A DNA stretch of 64,000 nt, taken from contig PQAE01000002.1 in assembly GCA_003104935.1 (NCBI GenBank), forward strand, positions 3,527 to 67,526, read 5' to 3'. Source of the stretch: Parcubacteria group bacterium. Its GTDB lineage: Bacteria > Patescibacteriota > Patescibacteriia > UBA1558 > GWA2-36-10. The notes under the pieces are model-generated. The model searched no databases and was not told the origin of the DNA. It saw nothing but the letters and a program-made list of their open reading frames with translations. Positions 1 through 8,290 of this stretch are shown here, piece after piece. Position 1 is the first letter of the stretch. Each line of letters starts with the position of its first letter. The position numbers and the translations under genes are program-made.

Positions 1-256
1 ATACTTCTCTGTCCGCAAATTCCAGTACTTCCTCCGCCCGTAAATCAGTTAGGATAGCGTTTCCGATCACTCCTTGCGGTAAGGAGGAAAATTTGGTCAG
101 CAGATTCGCTCCGCAAGTGCTACAGGTAGCGTAAGTCAGAAAACCCATCTCGCTTTCATCCAAGACCTGGATCATAGACTGACGGTACTCCTGATTACAA
201 ACCGGACAGCTCCGAATCAGTCGTAGATTTAGTGAAGATGGAATATTGTTTAACAT
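1..256 (-). CDS. Partial Zn-ribbon (CxxC...CxxC) protein, 3' end outside the window; not in the ORF track
   Basis: Manual translation from ATG at 256: MLNNIPSSLNLRLIRSCPVCNQEYRQSMIQVLDESEMGFLTYATCSTCGANLLTKF...EFADREV, open to the window edge; starts 5 bp after the hsp20 stop. Confidence 0.75.
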   Translation of the reverse strand, partial: MLNNIPSSLNLRLIRSCPVCNQEYRQSMIQVLDESEMGFLTYATCSTCGANLLTKFSSLPQGVIGNAILTDLRAEEVLEFADREV

Positions 257-261
257 ATATT

Positions 262-657
262 TTATTTTTTGATATTAATTTTGATGCTTTTGCTCTTACT
301 GGATTCCTGTTTGGGCAAAACAATTTTTAGCATACCGTTTTCAAAATGAGCTTCGGCCTTATCGGCTTGCACGGAGGCCGGCAACATCAGGGAGCGGTGA
401 AAAGATCCTGTCCGCACTTCTTTGCGGTAATAATCTTTCTCATCCACCTCCGAGGCGCTTTGACGGCGACCCTCGACAGTCAGCACGTCTTCGTGGACAT
501 TGATATCCACATCCTCCGGCTTGATACCGGCTAAGGTTGCTTGGACAATAACACTGTCTTTATCTTCATAGACGTCGATGGCGGGCACAAAATTGCTCAG
601 GCCCTTTTCCAGACTGTCAAAAGTGTCTAAATATGGGTTCCAAGGTATAATTGACAT
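262..657 (-). CDS. Hsp20/alpha-crystallin small heat-shock protein
   Basis: PAIDVYE...LAGIKPEDVDI...GSFHRSL.LP...AHFENGMLKI alpha-crystallin motifs; follows grpE. Confidence 0.95.
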   Translation of the reverse strand: MSIIPWNPYLDTFDSLEKGLSNFVPAIDVYEDKDSVIVQATLAGIKPEDVDINVHEDVLTVEGRRQSASEVDEKDYYRKEVRTGSFHRSLMLPASVQADKAEAHFENGMLKIVLPKQESSKSKSIKINIKK

Positions 658-661
658 ATAT

Positions 662-1180
662 TTATTGGTTAATATTATTAATAATTACTTTGGCCGGTCT
701 GATCACTACGTCACCATAGTGATATCCGGCTTGCTTTTCTTCTACTATTACTTGGTCTTTTTGCTTAGCGTCACTAATCATGCCTAATGACTCATGCCGA
801 TGTGGGTCAAAATAATGGCCGACCGTAGTTATTTTTTTGACGCCGTGATCAGCCAGAAAACCTTCCCAGAGCTTTAAGGTATGCTCCAATCCCACGACCC
901 ACGATTCTTTTTTTGCATTAGGCGGCACATGTTCCAAAGCAATCTGATAATTGTCAAAAATCGGTAAAAGTTCGGCGATAGTATCGGCTTGGATAAAATC
1001 TTTGAGCTGAGAGATCTTTTTATCCGTATCTTTTTCCAGATTGTGATAATCAGCCAGAGCTTTTTTCCAGCCCGCTAGATTATCCTCAACTTGCTGCTGT
1101 AAATGATTAATACGTTCTTCCGCTGATAATCCTTTGTCTTTTAGCGGATCGGGGTGTATTTGGTGTTTGTGATCGGACAT
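662..1180 (-). CDS. grpE: Nucleotide exchange factor GrpE
   Basis: KKALADYHNLEK, LLPIFDN, FDPHRHE, GY...VIRPAKV; follows hrcA. Confidence 0.95.
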   Translation of the reverse strand: MSDHKHQIHPDPLKDKGLSAEERINHLQQQVEDNLAGWKKALADYHNLEKDTDKKISQLKDFIQADTIAELLPIFDNYQIALEHVPPNAKKESWVVGLEHTLKLWEGFLADHGVKKITTVGHYFDPHRHESLGMISDAKQKDQVIVEEKQAGYHYGDVVIRPAKVIINNINQ

Positions 1181-1842
1181 TATTTTGCGATATTAACTAT
1201 TTCATTAAATAAGCTGAGGATGCGTCCATAATCCATGCGCACCGGTCCCAGCACAGCCAGCAGATTTTTATCTCGACCGACAGAAGTCACTACTAAGGAA
1301 CAGTTTTGGCCCAGTCGGCTCTGCTCGGCAAAAAGTATGCGCGGACCGGCTAGCTCTTCATAAATATCGGCGATCGCCCGCTCTAGCGAATCAACTACTT
1401 GGCTCATGGATAGCATCATGCGGTGGTCCTCAAATTCGGGTTGAGAAAACAGATTAAATAATCCCGTAAAATACAAGTCATTGGGGGCAAAACCGACAAT
1501 AGAGGCCAGATTAGTCCGGTCCACTAAAATTTTAGCTAAAGAACGCAGATTATCATGGTAAGAATCCCGGATGATTTTTTGTTCGTGTACCGGCACGGGC
1601 CTCAGCTCCATCAGATTATCAATATAATATCTATAACCCTCGCTGGTCGGTACCCGACCGGCCGAAGTGTGCGGTTGAAAAATATAGCCTTCTCTTTCCA
1701 GCTCGGCCATCTCATTTCTGATCGTAGCCGGCGAAACATCAAAACCTTTGGCCCCGGCCAGGCTGGTAGAGCCCACGGGTAAAGCAGTTTTAGTATAAAT
1801 ATCAATAATAGATTTTAGCAATTTTCCGTGTCTTTCATCCAT
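1180..1842 (-). CDS. hrcA: Heat-inducible repressor HrcA (short form, ~220 aa); start moved to ATG 1842
   Basis: PVGS, SPATIRNEMAELE.EGYI.QPHTSAGRVPT..GYRYY, VLGPVRMDY; CIRCE directly upstream. Confidence 0.95.
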   Translation of the reverse strand: MDERHGKLLKSIIDIYTKTALPVGSTSLAGAKGFDVSPATIRNEMAELEREGYIFQPHTSAGRVPTSEGYRYYIDNLMELRPVPVHEQKIIRDSYHDNLRSLAKILVDRTNLASIVGFAPNDLYFTGLFNLFSQPEFEDHRMMLSMSQVVDSLERAIADIYEELAGPRILFAEQSRLGQNCSLVVTSVGRDKNLLAVLGPVRMDYGRILSLFNEIVNIAK

Positions 1843-1848
1843 AAATAC

Positions 1849-1878
1849 ATTATATATCAAATTAGCACTCCCAGTCAA
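1849..1878 (-). promoter_or_regulatory. Sigma70 promoter TTGACT-N18-TATAAT for hrcA; probably leaderless
   Basis: -35 at 1878-1873, -10 at 1854-1849; only 6 nt between the -10 and the ATG at 1842. Confidence 0.7.
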
Positions 1879-1888
1879 GGAGTGCTAA
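1862..1888. promoter_or_regulatory. CIRCE element (HrcA operator)
   Basis: Exact TTAGCACTC-N9(CCAGTCAAG)-GAGTGCTAA. Confidence 0.98.
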
Positions 1889-1921
1889 AATCACGCAAAA
1901 TCCCATGTAATTTAAGGTTTA

Positions 1922-3163
1922 TTACTCTTTCCTCAAGGCCGTAATCGGATCCAGATTAGCGGCTTTGCGCGCCGGATATAGACCAAAGATGAGCCCCACA
2001 GTAACTGAAAATACTATCGCTAAAACTATACCATTTAGAGATAAAGCAAATGGCCAGTCAAAGGCATAATAATTTGCAATCAAATAAACCAGATAAGTGA
2101 CACCAATACCCAAAATTACCCCAATAGCACCGCCTAAAAAGGTCTTGATAACGGCTTCGGACAGAAACTGGGCCATGATGTCTTTTTTGGTGGCGCCCAC
2201 AGATTTACGCAAACCAATCTCAAAAGTACGCTCGGCCACCGAGGCATACATAATATTCATAATGCCTACTCCCCCGACAACTAGTGATATCGCCGCCAGA
2301 GCTACCAAGAGCAGGGTCACGGCGCCGATAATAGAATCTAAGATACCTTTGGCCTCTGCCATAGAAGCCACTTGAAAATCATCGCGGCTAGGGTCACTGA
2401 TACTATGGCGCTCCCTGAGCAATTGGCGGATAGCATCAACGGTTTCGGCTTCTTTGCTCGGATCAGACAATTGCGAGGTAATGGCCTGGACATAATCCAC
2501 ACCCATCATCAATTTTTGCACTGTCTGAATAGGAATAAAAACCAACTGATCCATATTAAAGAAAAAAACCGTGCCCCGCGGCTCCATCACGCCTACGACT
2601 TTAAAATTCATCTGTTTGATCTTGACGTTTTGGCCTACGGCATTGCTCTCGCCAAACAAATCTTGCTTTACTTTTGAACCCAGCACCACCACCCGATCCA
2701 GATTACTGTCCTCTTCCTTGGTAAAAAACCGCCCCTGACCTAGTTTGCCCTGATCTATATCAATATATTCCGGACTTACTCCGTAAATCATAGACTTACT
2801 TAGCTGTCCCTGCCAACTCAGCATATCCTGGGTAATCAGAGCTGTATAGGCCTCGCTGATATAAGGTAGTTTTAAGATCGCCTGACGGTCGCTTTCTTTC
2901 AAAGTAGTGATTACCACTCCTTGAGCTTGGGCAAACATTCCGCCGCTGGACTGCGGCACCCGGGGCTCGGTCTGAATAAAGTCCGAACCAAAGCTGGCCA
3001 CTTGGCCAAAAACCAATTTTTTCATACTGTCGCCGGAGGAGATAATGATGGTCACCGAGGCGATGCCGATAACTACTCCCAAAATAGTTAAAACCGTGCG
3101 GATGCGGTTCTTTTTTATCGCGGCTCGAGCTATAGCCAATGAATTTTTAATCAATTTATTCAT
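1922..3163 (-). CDS. MacB/FtsX-family ABC permease
   Basis: RTVLTILGVVIGI, ISLVVGGVGIMNIM.ASVAERT.EIGLRK, GLYPARKAA.LDPI.ALR. Confidence 0.92.
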   Translation of the reverse strand: MNKLIKNSLAIARAAIKKNRIRTVLTILGVVIGIASVTIIISSGDSMKKLVFGQVASFGSDFIQTEPRVPQSSGGMFAQAQGVVITTLKESDRQAILKLPYISEAYTALITQDMLSWQGQLSKSMIYGVSPEYIDIDQGKLGQGRFFTKEEDSNLDRVVVLGSKVKQDLFGESNAVGQNVKIKQMNFKVVGVMEPRGTVFFFNMDQLVFIPIQTVQKLMMGVDYVQAITSQLSDPSKEAETVDAIRQLLRERHSISDPSRDDFQVASMAEAKGILDSIIGAVTLLLVALAAISLVVGGVGIMNIMYASVAERTFEIGLRKSVGATKKDIMAQFLSEAVIKTFLGGAIGVILGIGVTYLVYLIANYYAFDWPFALSLNGIVLAIVFSVTVGLIFGLYPARKAANLDPITALRKE

Positions 3164-4397
3164 AGCGCAGAGCTTCTATCGGATTTAGATGCGCCGCCTG
3201 GCGAGCCGGATACCAACCAAAAACCAAGCCGACAATAATTGTAAAAGACAGAGATAATAAGACCGACGACAGGGAAATCACAAAATCCCATTGATACCCC
3301 AGGGCTTGCGCCACTACGGCCACTAAAAACGATATGACGATCCCGATGATAATACCGCCTACACCTCCCAGCAGGGTGACGGAGATAGTCTGCATGAGAA
3401 ATAAGGTATTGATATCGCTATTGGTCGCTCCTACGGCCTTGCGCAGACCGATTTCCTTGGTGCTTTCAGAGACTGAAACCAACATTATGTTCATAATTCC
3501 AATACCCCCGACAATTAATGATATGCCGGCCACCATAGCCAGAAAATAACTCAAGGCATTAGTGACGGTATCTAAAGTTTTCAAGGCCTCTTCCGTGGCC
3601 CGCACGGTAAAATCATCTTCCTTGGGATCGGTAATTTTATGCTGTTCCCGTAAAACTACTTCGATATCGGATACTACTTTTTGGATATCCGCTCCTTGGA
3701 CAACCCGGGCTCGGACGGCGCTGAGGTGATGGATGCCCAGCATTATTTTTTGGGCGGTTTCCAGCGGAATAAAAACCTGGGTATCCTGATTTTGAAAACC
3801 GGCCGTACCCCTCTCTTTCATCACTCCGATAACCTTAAAATTTTCTTTATTGATCTTGACGCTTTGGCCGATAGCTGACGAGCCGCTAAATAAATCTTTG
3901 GCTACGCTACTACCCAAAACTACCAGCCGGCTGACCTGCTGGTCTTCTTCATTGGTAAAAAAACGGCCATCAGTTAACTCTGCTTTAGTATCCACGTCCT
4001 GATAATCGCCTGTAGTTCCCAAAAAACTGGTATCAACGGTTTTTTCCCGCCAGGTAGCCGTGGCTGAACCACGGATATAGCCATTGACGGCGACGACTTC
4101 CGGGATATTATTTTTTATAGCCTGAGCATCGGCATTCACCAAAGTGGTGACATTAATACCCATCACTGCCGCCGGTGGGCCGTTGGGGTCGCTGGCTCCA
4201 GGCAGGACACCGACCAGATTAGAACCGATGCTGGATACCTGATTAACCACTAGACTCTTGGCTCCGGCGCCCACAGACATGATGATAATCACCGATGAAA
4301 TGCCGATGATGATGCCTAGACTAGTCAAAAACGAACGCATCTTGTTGCGTCGCATTGACTTGATAGTCAAAAAATAGGCCTGATGATCAAAAATCAT
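3156..4397 (-). CDS. MacB/FtsX-family ABC permease (paralog)
   Basis: RSFLTSLGIIIGI, SLIVGGIGIMNIML, GWYPARQAA.LNPIEALRYE. Confidence 0.92.
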   Translation of the reverse strand: MIFDHQAYFLTIKSMRRNKMRSFLTSLGIIIGISSVIIIMSVGAGAKSLVVNQVSSIGSNLVGVLPGASDPNGPPAAVMGINVTTLVNADAQAIKNNIPEVVAVNGYIRGSATATWREKTVDTSFLGTTGDYQDVDTKAELTDGRFFTNEEDQQVSRLVVLGSSVAKDLFSGSSAIGQSVKINKENFKVIGVMKERGTAGFQNQDTQVFIPLETAQKIMLGIHHLSAVRARVVQGADIQKVVSDIEVVLREQHKITDPKEDDFTVRATEEALKTLDTVTNALSYFLAMVAGISLIVGGIGIMNIMLVSVSESTKEIGLRKAVGATNSDINTLFLMQTISVTLLGGVGGIIIGIVISFLVAVVAQALGYQWDFVISLSSVLLSLSFTIIVGLVFGWYPARQAAHLNPIEALRYE

Positions 4398-4398
4398 C

Positions 4399-5106
4399 TT
4401 ATTTTAGATCAATTACTTCTTCCGCTAGCACCACATCATGATTCACTTCATCGCTGGAAATCTCGCCGTCGGCGATACGAACGATGCGACGGGCATAGCG
4501 GGCTGTAGTAGATTCGTGAGTAACCAACACAATAGTGCGTCCCTGCCTATTTAAAGCCTGGAGGATAGACATGATTTGCTTGCCGGACTTGGAATCTAGG
4601 TTGCCGGTGGGCTCATCGGCAAAGATGATATCCGGTTCATTGACCAGTGCCCGGGCAATAGCCACGCGCTGTTTTTCACCGCCGGAAAGCTGGCTAGACA
4701 AAAAATCACGGCGGTGACTGAGGCCCACGTCGGCAATGGCCTTATCCACGGCTTTGAGATCCCCTGCTTCGTGAGAATACAATAAAGGCAGACGGACATT
4801 ATCCCAGACCGTAGTCTTGGGTAATAAATTAAAGCTTTGAAAAACAAAACCGACGCGCTTATTGCGCAACTGCGCCAGAGTATCGTCGTCCAGATTAGAA
4901 ACATCCTGGCCGTCAAAAATATATTTTCCCGAAGTAGGAGTATCCAAAAAGCCCAAAATATGCATCAGGGTGGACTTGCCCGAACCGGAGGGACCCATGA
5001 TAGCCACAAACTCCCCGCGCTCAATGCCAATATTAACACCCTTCAAAACTTTTGTGGCCACCTCCTCATTAACAAACTCTTTAGTCAAATTTTTTACGTC
5101 AATCAT
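4399..5106 (-). CDS. ABC ATP-binding protein (MacB/LolD type)
   Basis: Walker [34 protein letters not shown]. Confidence 0.95.
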   Translation of the reverse strand: MIDVKNLTKEFVNEEVATKVLKGVNIGIERGEFVAIMGPSGSGKSTLMHILGFLDTPTSGKYIFDGQDVSNLDDDTLAQLRNKRVGFVFQSFNLLPKTTVWDNVRLPLLYSHEAGDLKAVDKAIADVGLSHRRDFLSSQLSGGEKQRVAIARALVNEPDIIFADEPTGNLDSKSGKQIMSILQALNRQGRTIVLVTHESTTARYARRIVRIADGEISSDEVNHDVVLAEEVIDLK

Positions 5107-5117
5107 GACCGCAATTA

Positions 5118-6779
5118 TTATTTTGTAGTATTGATATAAGTCACGACCGTATCGCCGGCTTTGATGCCGGATAGTACTTCAACATTGCCGTCATCACCGC
5201 GCAGACCGGTCTCCACCGGTTTTTCCACCAATTGACCGTTTTCTAAGAGCTGAACATATTTAACATTTTCCCGGTAAATCACCGCTCGGGAAGGCACGGT
5301 TAATACTCCTTGCCGGGAGTCGGTGTTGATCACTAAATTGGCGGTCATGCCGGCTTTAATCAGCTCGTTGTTTTCCGTAAAATTAACTTTGACTTTGTAG
5401 TAAATCACATTGTTGATATTGGTGGAGGCCGGATCGATAAACATCACCTGCCCCTGAAATTTTTGATCGCTGGAAAAGGCGTCCAAAGTTATCTCCACCG
5501 CCTGGCCGATTTTTACTTTGGCGATATCCGATTCCGGCACATCTACCTCTATCTCCTTGTCCGCCAAACCGATCATGGTGATTACCGGCTGAGCGGCCAT
5601 GGTCTGCTCCCCCATTTTATAATTTACGTCTGTAACCACACCGTCAAAAGGGGCGGTGATAACGGTTTTATTGTATTCGCTGAGATAACGGTCTAGCGCC
5701 GCCTGAGCCCGGCGGATCGTAGCCTGAGCCGAACTAATTTCAAAATCACGGGGCTTAGCAGTTTTCAAATCCAGTTTTGCCTGGACCAAATTTAAACTAG
5801 CTTGCTTGGCCTCAATATTATTTTGGGCATCTTTGATCTGTGTGCTATAAGACAGATTATAATTTTTCAGATTAGCCAGATCGGTTTGCATAGTGGTAAT
5901 AGCCGTACTGACTGCCGTGGCTTGAGTACTCAGACTAGTTTTAAATGCGCTGATCACTGCGGAAGTATAAACGCTATTATTAGGGAGCGCGCCGCTCATC
6001 AAAGTATAACTATTATTTATATTGGCTAGCACCTGCTCTAAATCCGTCCCTACTTTTTCGCCGGCCAAAGCTGTGTCGTCATAATTTTGAGATTGCTCCG
6101 CCCGCGCCACCGCCGCCGCGGCTTCAATATAATTATTCTTGGCGGCCGTGTAACCGCTACGTGTAGCCACCAACAAACTATTATCGGTAACTACTAAATA
6201 AGTTATGGCTTCATTATCTATCACGGCGTCATTGACAACATCCAAAGCATACTGAGCCGTAGCCAGTTTGTTGTTGGACGTATTCAGGGCGGTGGTAATC
6301 AGATTTTTCATATTCAGATCCCTGGTTTGTTCCAGAGCAGTCAGGTCATCCTGAGCCTGTTGATAAGCAATCTGTGCGGCCGCCAACTCCTGCCTGGTCA
6401 CCTCTATATCCTGTGTGCTGGCTCCGGCGATTAATTGATCATATTGGCTTTTAGCGATATCAACCGCCGCCCGAGCATCGCTGATTTGCGATCCCACGTC
6501 GGTGGAAACCAGAGCCGCCAGGAGCTGATTAGCTTTGACACTGTCCCCAGTTTTCACCGAGATTTTAGCTATCTTGCCCGGCAAATTAAAATTTAGATTA
6601 ACCTCGGCCGCCGAGGTCACCGATCCCGTTACCTCCACCGTCTGTTTCAGATCGCCTAGAACCGCCGTAGCCGTCACATAACTCGGTCCTTTTTTCTGGC
6701 CAAATTTCGCAAATAAACCCACGGCAATAAGCACGATGACGACCACCAGCCAAAACCATTTTTTTCTATAAAATTTCAT
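5118..6779 (-). CDS. MacA/HlyD-like membrane-fusion adaptor with long helical hairpin
   Basis: N-terminal TM, GDSVKANQLL lipoyl half, ITAPFDGVV, VPESDIAKVKIGQ, GMTANL. Confidence 0.9.
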   Translation of the reverse strand: MKFYRKKWFWLVVVIVLIAVGLFAKFGQKKGPSYVTATAVLGDLKQTVEVTGSVTSAAEVNLNFNLPGKIAKISVKTGDSVKANQLLAALVSTDVGSQISDARAAVDIAKSQYDQLIAGASTQDIEVTRQELAAAQIAYQQAQDDLTALEQTRDLNMKNLITTALNTSNNKLATAQYALDVVNDAVIDNEAITYLVVTDNSLLVATRSGYTAAKNNYIEAAAAVARAEQSQNYDDTALAGEKVGTDLEQVLANINNSYTLMSGALPNNSVYTSAVISAFKTSLSTQATAVSTAITTMQTDLANLKNYNLSYSTQIKDAQNNIEAKQASLNLVQAKLDLKTAKPRDFEISSAQATIRRAQAALDRYLSEYNKTVITAPFDGVVTDVNYKMGEQTMAAQPVITMIGLADKEIEVDVPESDIAKVKIGQAVEITLDAFSSDQKFQGQVMFIDPASTNINNVIYYKVKVNFTENNELIKAGMTANLVINTDSRQGVLTVPSRAVIYRENVKYVQLLENGQLVEKPVETGLRGDDGNVEVLSGIKAGDTVVTYINTTK

Positions 6780-6792
6780 ATATTCAAAATTA

Positions 6793-7038
6793 TTATTTCT
6801 TTTTATTTACCAACCGGGAGATGCTGGCCAACTGTTTGGTCACCTGTGAAGCCATCTTTTGAAAATTGGTCAACTTGGAGACCACTAGCATTTCGTGAGC
6901 GGCGCCAAAGACCAAAAGTTTTTCCCCTTTTTTAAGCTTTAGTTTATTGCGTGCCTCCACCGGAATGACCACCTGCCCCTTGTCGCCCAAAGTGGTACTG
7001 CCGTAAAACTCTTCGTTTTTGTGCAATATTTTTTTCAT
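6793..7038 (-). CDS. AbrB/MazE/SpoVT-family DNA-binding protein; start moved to ATG 7038
   Basis: FYGSTTLGDKGQVVIPVEARNKLKLKKGEKLLV. Confidence 0.88.
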   Translation of the reverse strand: MKKILHKNEEFYGSTTLGDKGQVVIPVEARNKLKLKKGEKLLVFGAAHEMLVVSKLTNFQKMASQVTKQLASISRLVNKKK

Positions 7039-7061
7039 AATTTTTTTAAAATAAATCAAAC

Positions 7062-7078
7062 AAGTAGGAAAAGTAGGA
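7062..7078. repeat. Tandem direct repeat AAGTAGGA x2, putative AbrB-type operator
   Basis: Copies at 7062-7069 and 7071-7078, between the -10 and the regulator start. Confidence 0.5.
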
Positions 7079-7085
7079 TATCAAT

Positions 7086-7114
7086 ATTATAGCAAACTGC
7101 CTGTCTTTCGTCAA
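7086..7114 (-). promoter_or_regulatory. Sigma70 promoter TTGACG-N17-TATAAT with extended TGn
   Basis: -35 at 7114-7109, TGC-TATAAT at 7094-7086. Confidence 0.75.
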
Positions 7115-7155
7115 ACAAAAGTCGCCTGCTCTGCCTGCACGGCAAAGTGGCGACT
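7113..7155 (-). terminator. Intrinsic terminator after the pilin genes
   Basis: AGTCGCC...GGCGACT stem (7120-7155) followed on the minus strand by TTTGTTT. Confidence 0.65.
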
Positions 7156-7183
7156 GAATAGTGTCTAAATCAAAGTCTCGATT

Positions 7184-7693
7184 CTACCTAATCACTTTTA
7201 TCGCCGTACTGCCGTAGGTATTGCAGGCGCCGACGACCAAGAGTGGTGATGTAGTTTGTAGTTCATAGCCCATATAATAGCCGGTAGTAGTGGAAACAGC
7301 ACTACTTTTCTTAGGATCCGAGGGGATCCTTCCTAGATAACCACCGGTAACTAAGGGGTCTAACCAAATTTTATTAGAAGCCGCTAAAGTAGCTGTAGTG
7401 CTGGCGTCGCATATGAAACCGCCTGTTATAGCACTACCGGCATAATTATGAATCATACACGGCTCATTTTTTACCAGACAATCAGCGGAAGAAGTCGGCA
7501 AAGTGCCGTTATTATCAGCCACATAAGTAGACCAGGCATCGGCAATAGCGGTAACATCAGCCCAGCGTTGGGCGTCTTGGGCGTTGCCGACACGCTTGGC
7601 CGGATTGACCGCCACGAAAGTCGCCGCGGCCAGCAGAGCCACTATAGCAACCACTATAATCAGCTCCAGCAAAGTAAATCCCTTTTTAGACAT
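7184..7693 (-). CDS. Type IV major pilin-like protein 2
   Basis: Class III signal KKG/FTLLELIIVV, hydrophobic helix, GYL..IP.DP, 4 Cys. Confidence 0.92.
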   Translation of the reverse strand: MSKKGFTLLELIIVVAIVALLAAATFVAVNPAKRVGNAQDAQRWADVTAIADAWSTYVADNNGTLPTSSADCLVKNEPCMIHNYAGSAITGGFICDASTTATLAASNKIWLDPLVTGGYLGRIPSDPKKSSAVSTTTGYYMGYELQTTSPLLVVGACNTYGSTAIKVIR

Positions 7694-7741
7694 ATTATTT
7701 TTCTGAGTTTAATTATTAAGTATATATAAATTAAATAATTC

Positions 7742-8221
7742 CTAGCGTACGACCTTGATGGCCTGGCTGTTATAAGAGTCACAGGCACCGACAGTCAGCT
7801 TGCCTACAGAGTCATAGGCAAAGTAATAGCCGGTACTGGTGGTAATAGCGCTGGCAGACTTGGGATCATTTGGTATCTTACCGATGTAACCTTCATTAAC
7901 CAAGGGGTCAAGCCAAATTATATTATTTGTGGTGCTGGCAGTACAGGCATAGTCTGTGTCGGTGCCGCCATAATTAGCGATCATGCAGGTAGTATTGCCG
8001 GTCAGACAAGGAACCGAAGAAGTGGGCAACTCACTATTGTGATCACCGAGATAGGCCGACCAGGCATCGGCAATAGCGGTGATATCGGTCCAGCGCGTGG
8101 CATTTTGGGCATTACCCTGACGCTTGGCCGGGTTGACCGCCACGAAAGTCGCCGCCGCCAGCAGACCGATAATAGCTACTACGATTATTAATTCTAATAA
8201 GGTGAATCCTTTTCGAGACAT
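7742..8221 (-). CDS. Type IV major pilin-like protein 1 (paralog)
   Basis: RKG/FTLLELIIVV; colinear with 7184..7693. Confidence 0.92.
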   Translation of the reverse strand: MSRKGFTLLELIIVVAIIGLLAAATFVAVNPAKRQGNAQNATRWTDITAIADAWSAYLGDHNSELPTSSVPCLTGNTTCMIANYGGTDTDYACTASTTNNIIWLDPLVNEGYIGKIPNDPKSASAITTSTGYYFAYDSVGKLTVGACDSYNSQAIKVVR

Positions 8222-8253
8222 ATAATTGCAGAAATAATTATAATAACGCTGTA

Positions 8254-8282
8254 ATTATAGCACTTTGGAAGAACGACTACAA
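8254..8282 (-). promoter_or_regulatory. Putative internal promoter for the pilins, TTGTAG-N17-(TGn)TATAAT
   Basis: -10 at 8259-8254 with TG extension, -35 at 8282-8277. Confidence 0.5.
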
Positions 8283-8290
8283 GTAGACTT

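Noticed and set aside
1843-1878. Longer hrcA start at TTG 1878
   Set aside because: That TTG is the -35 box inside the CIRCE; homology begins at MDER (1842)
7184-8221. Pilin pair as a diversity-generating retroelement or silent-cassette system
   Set aside because: Both genes are complete, differences include indels and are not adenine-specific, and no reverse transcriptase is present
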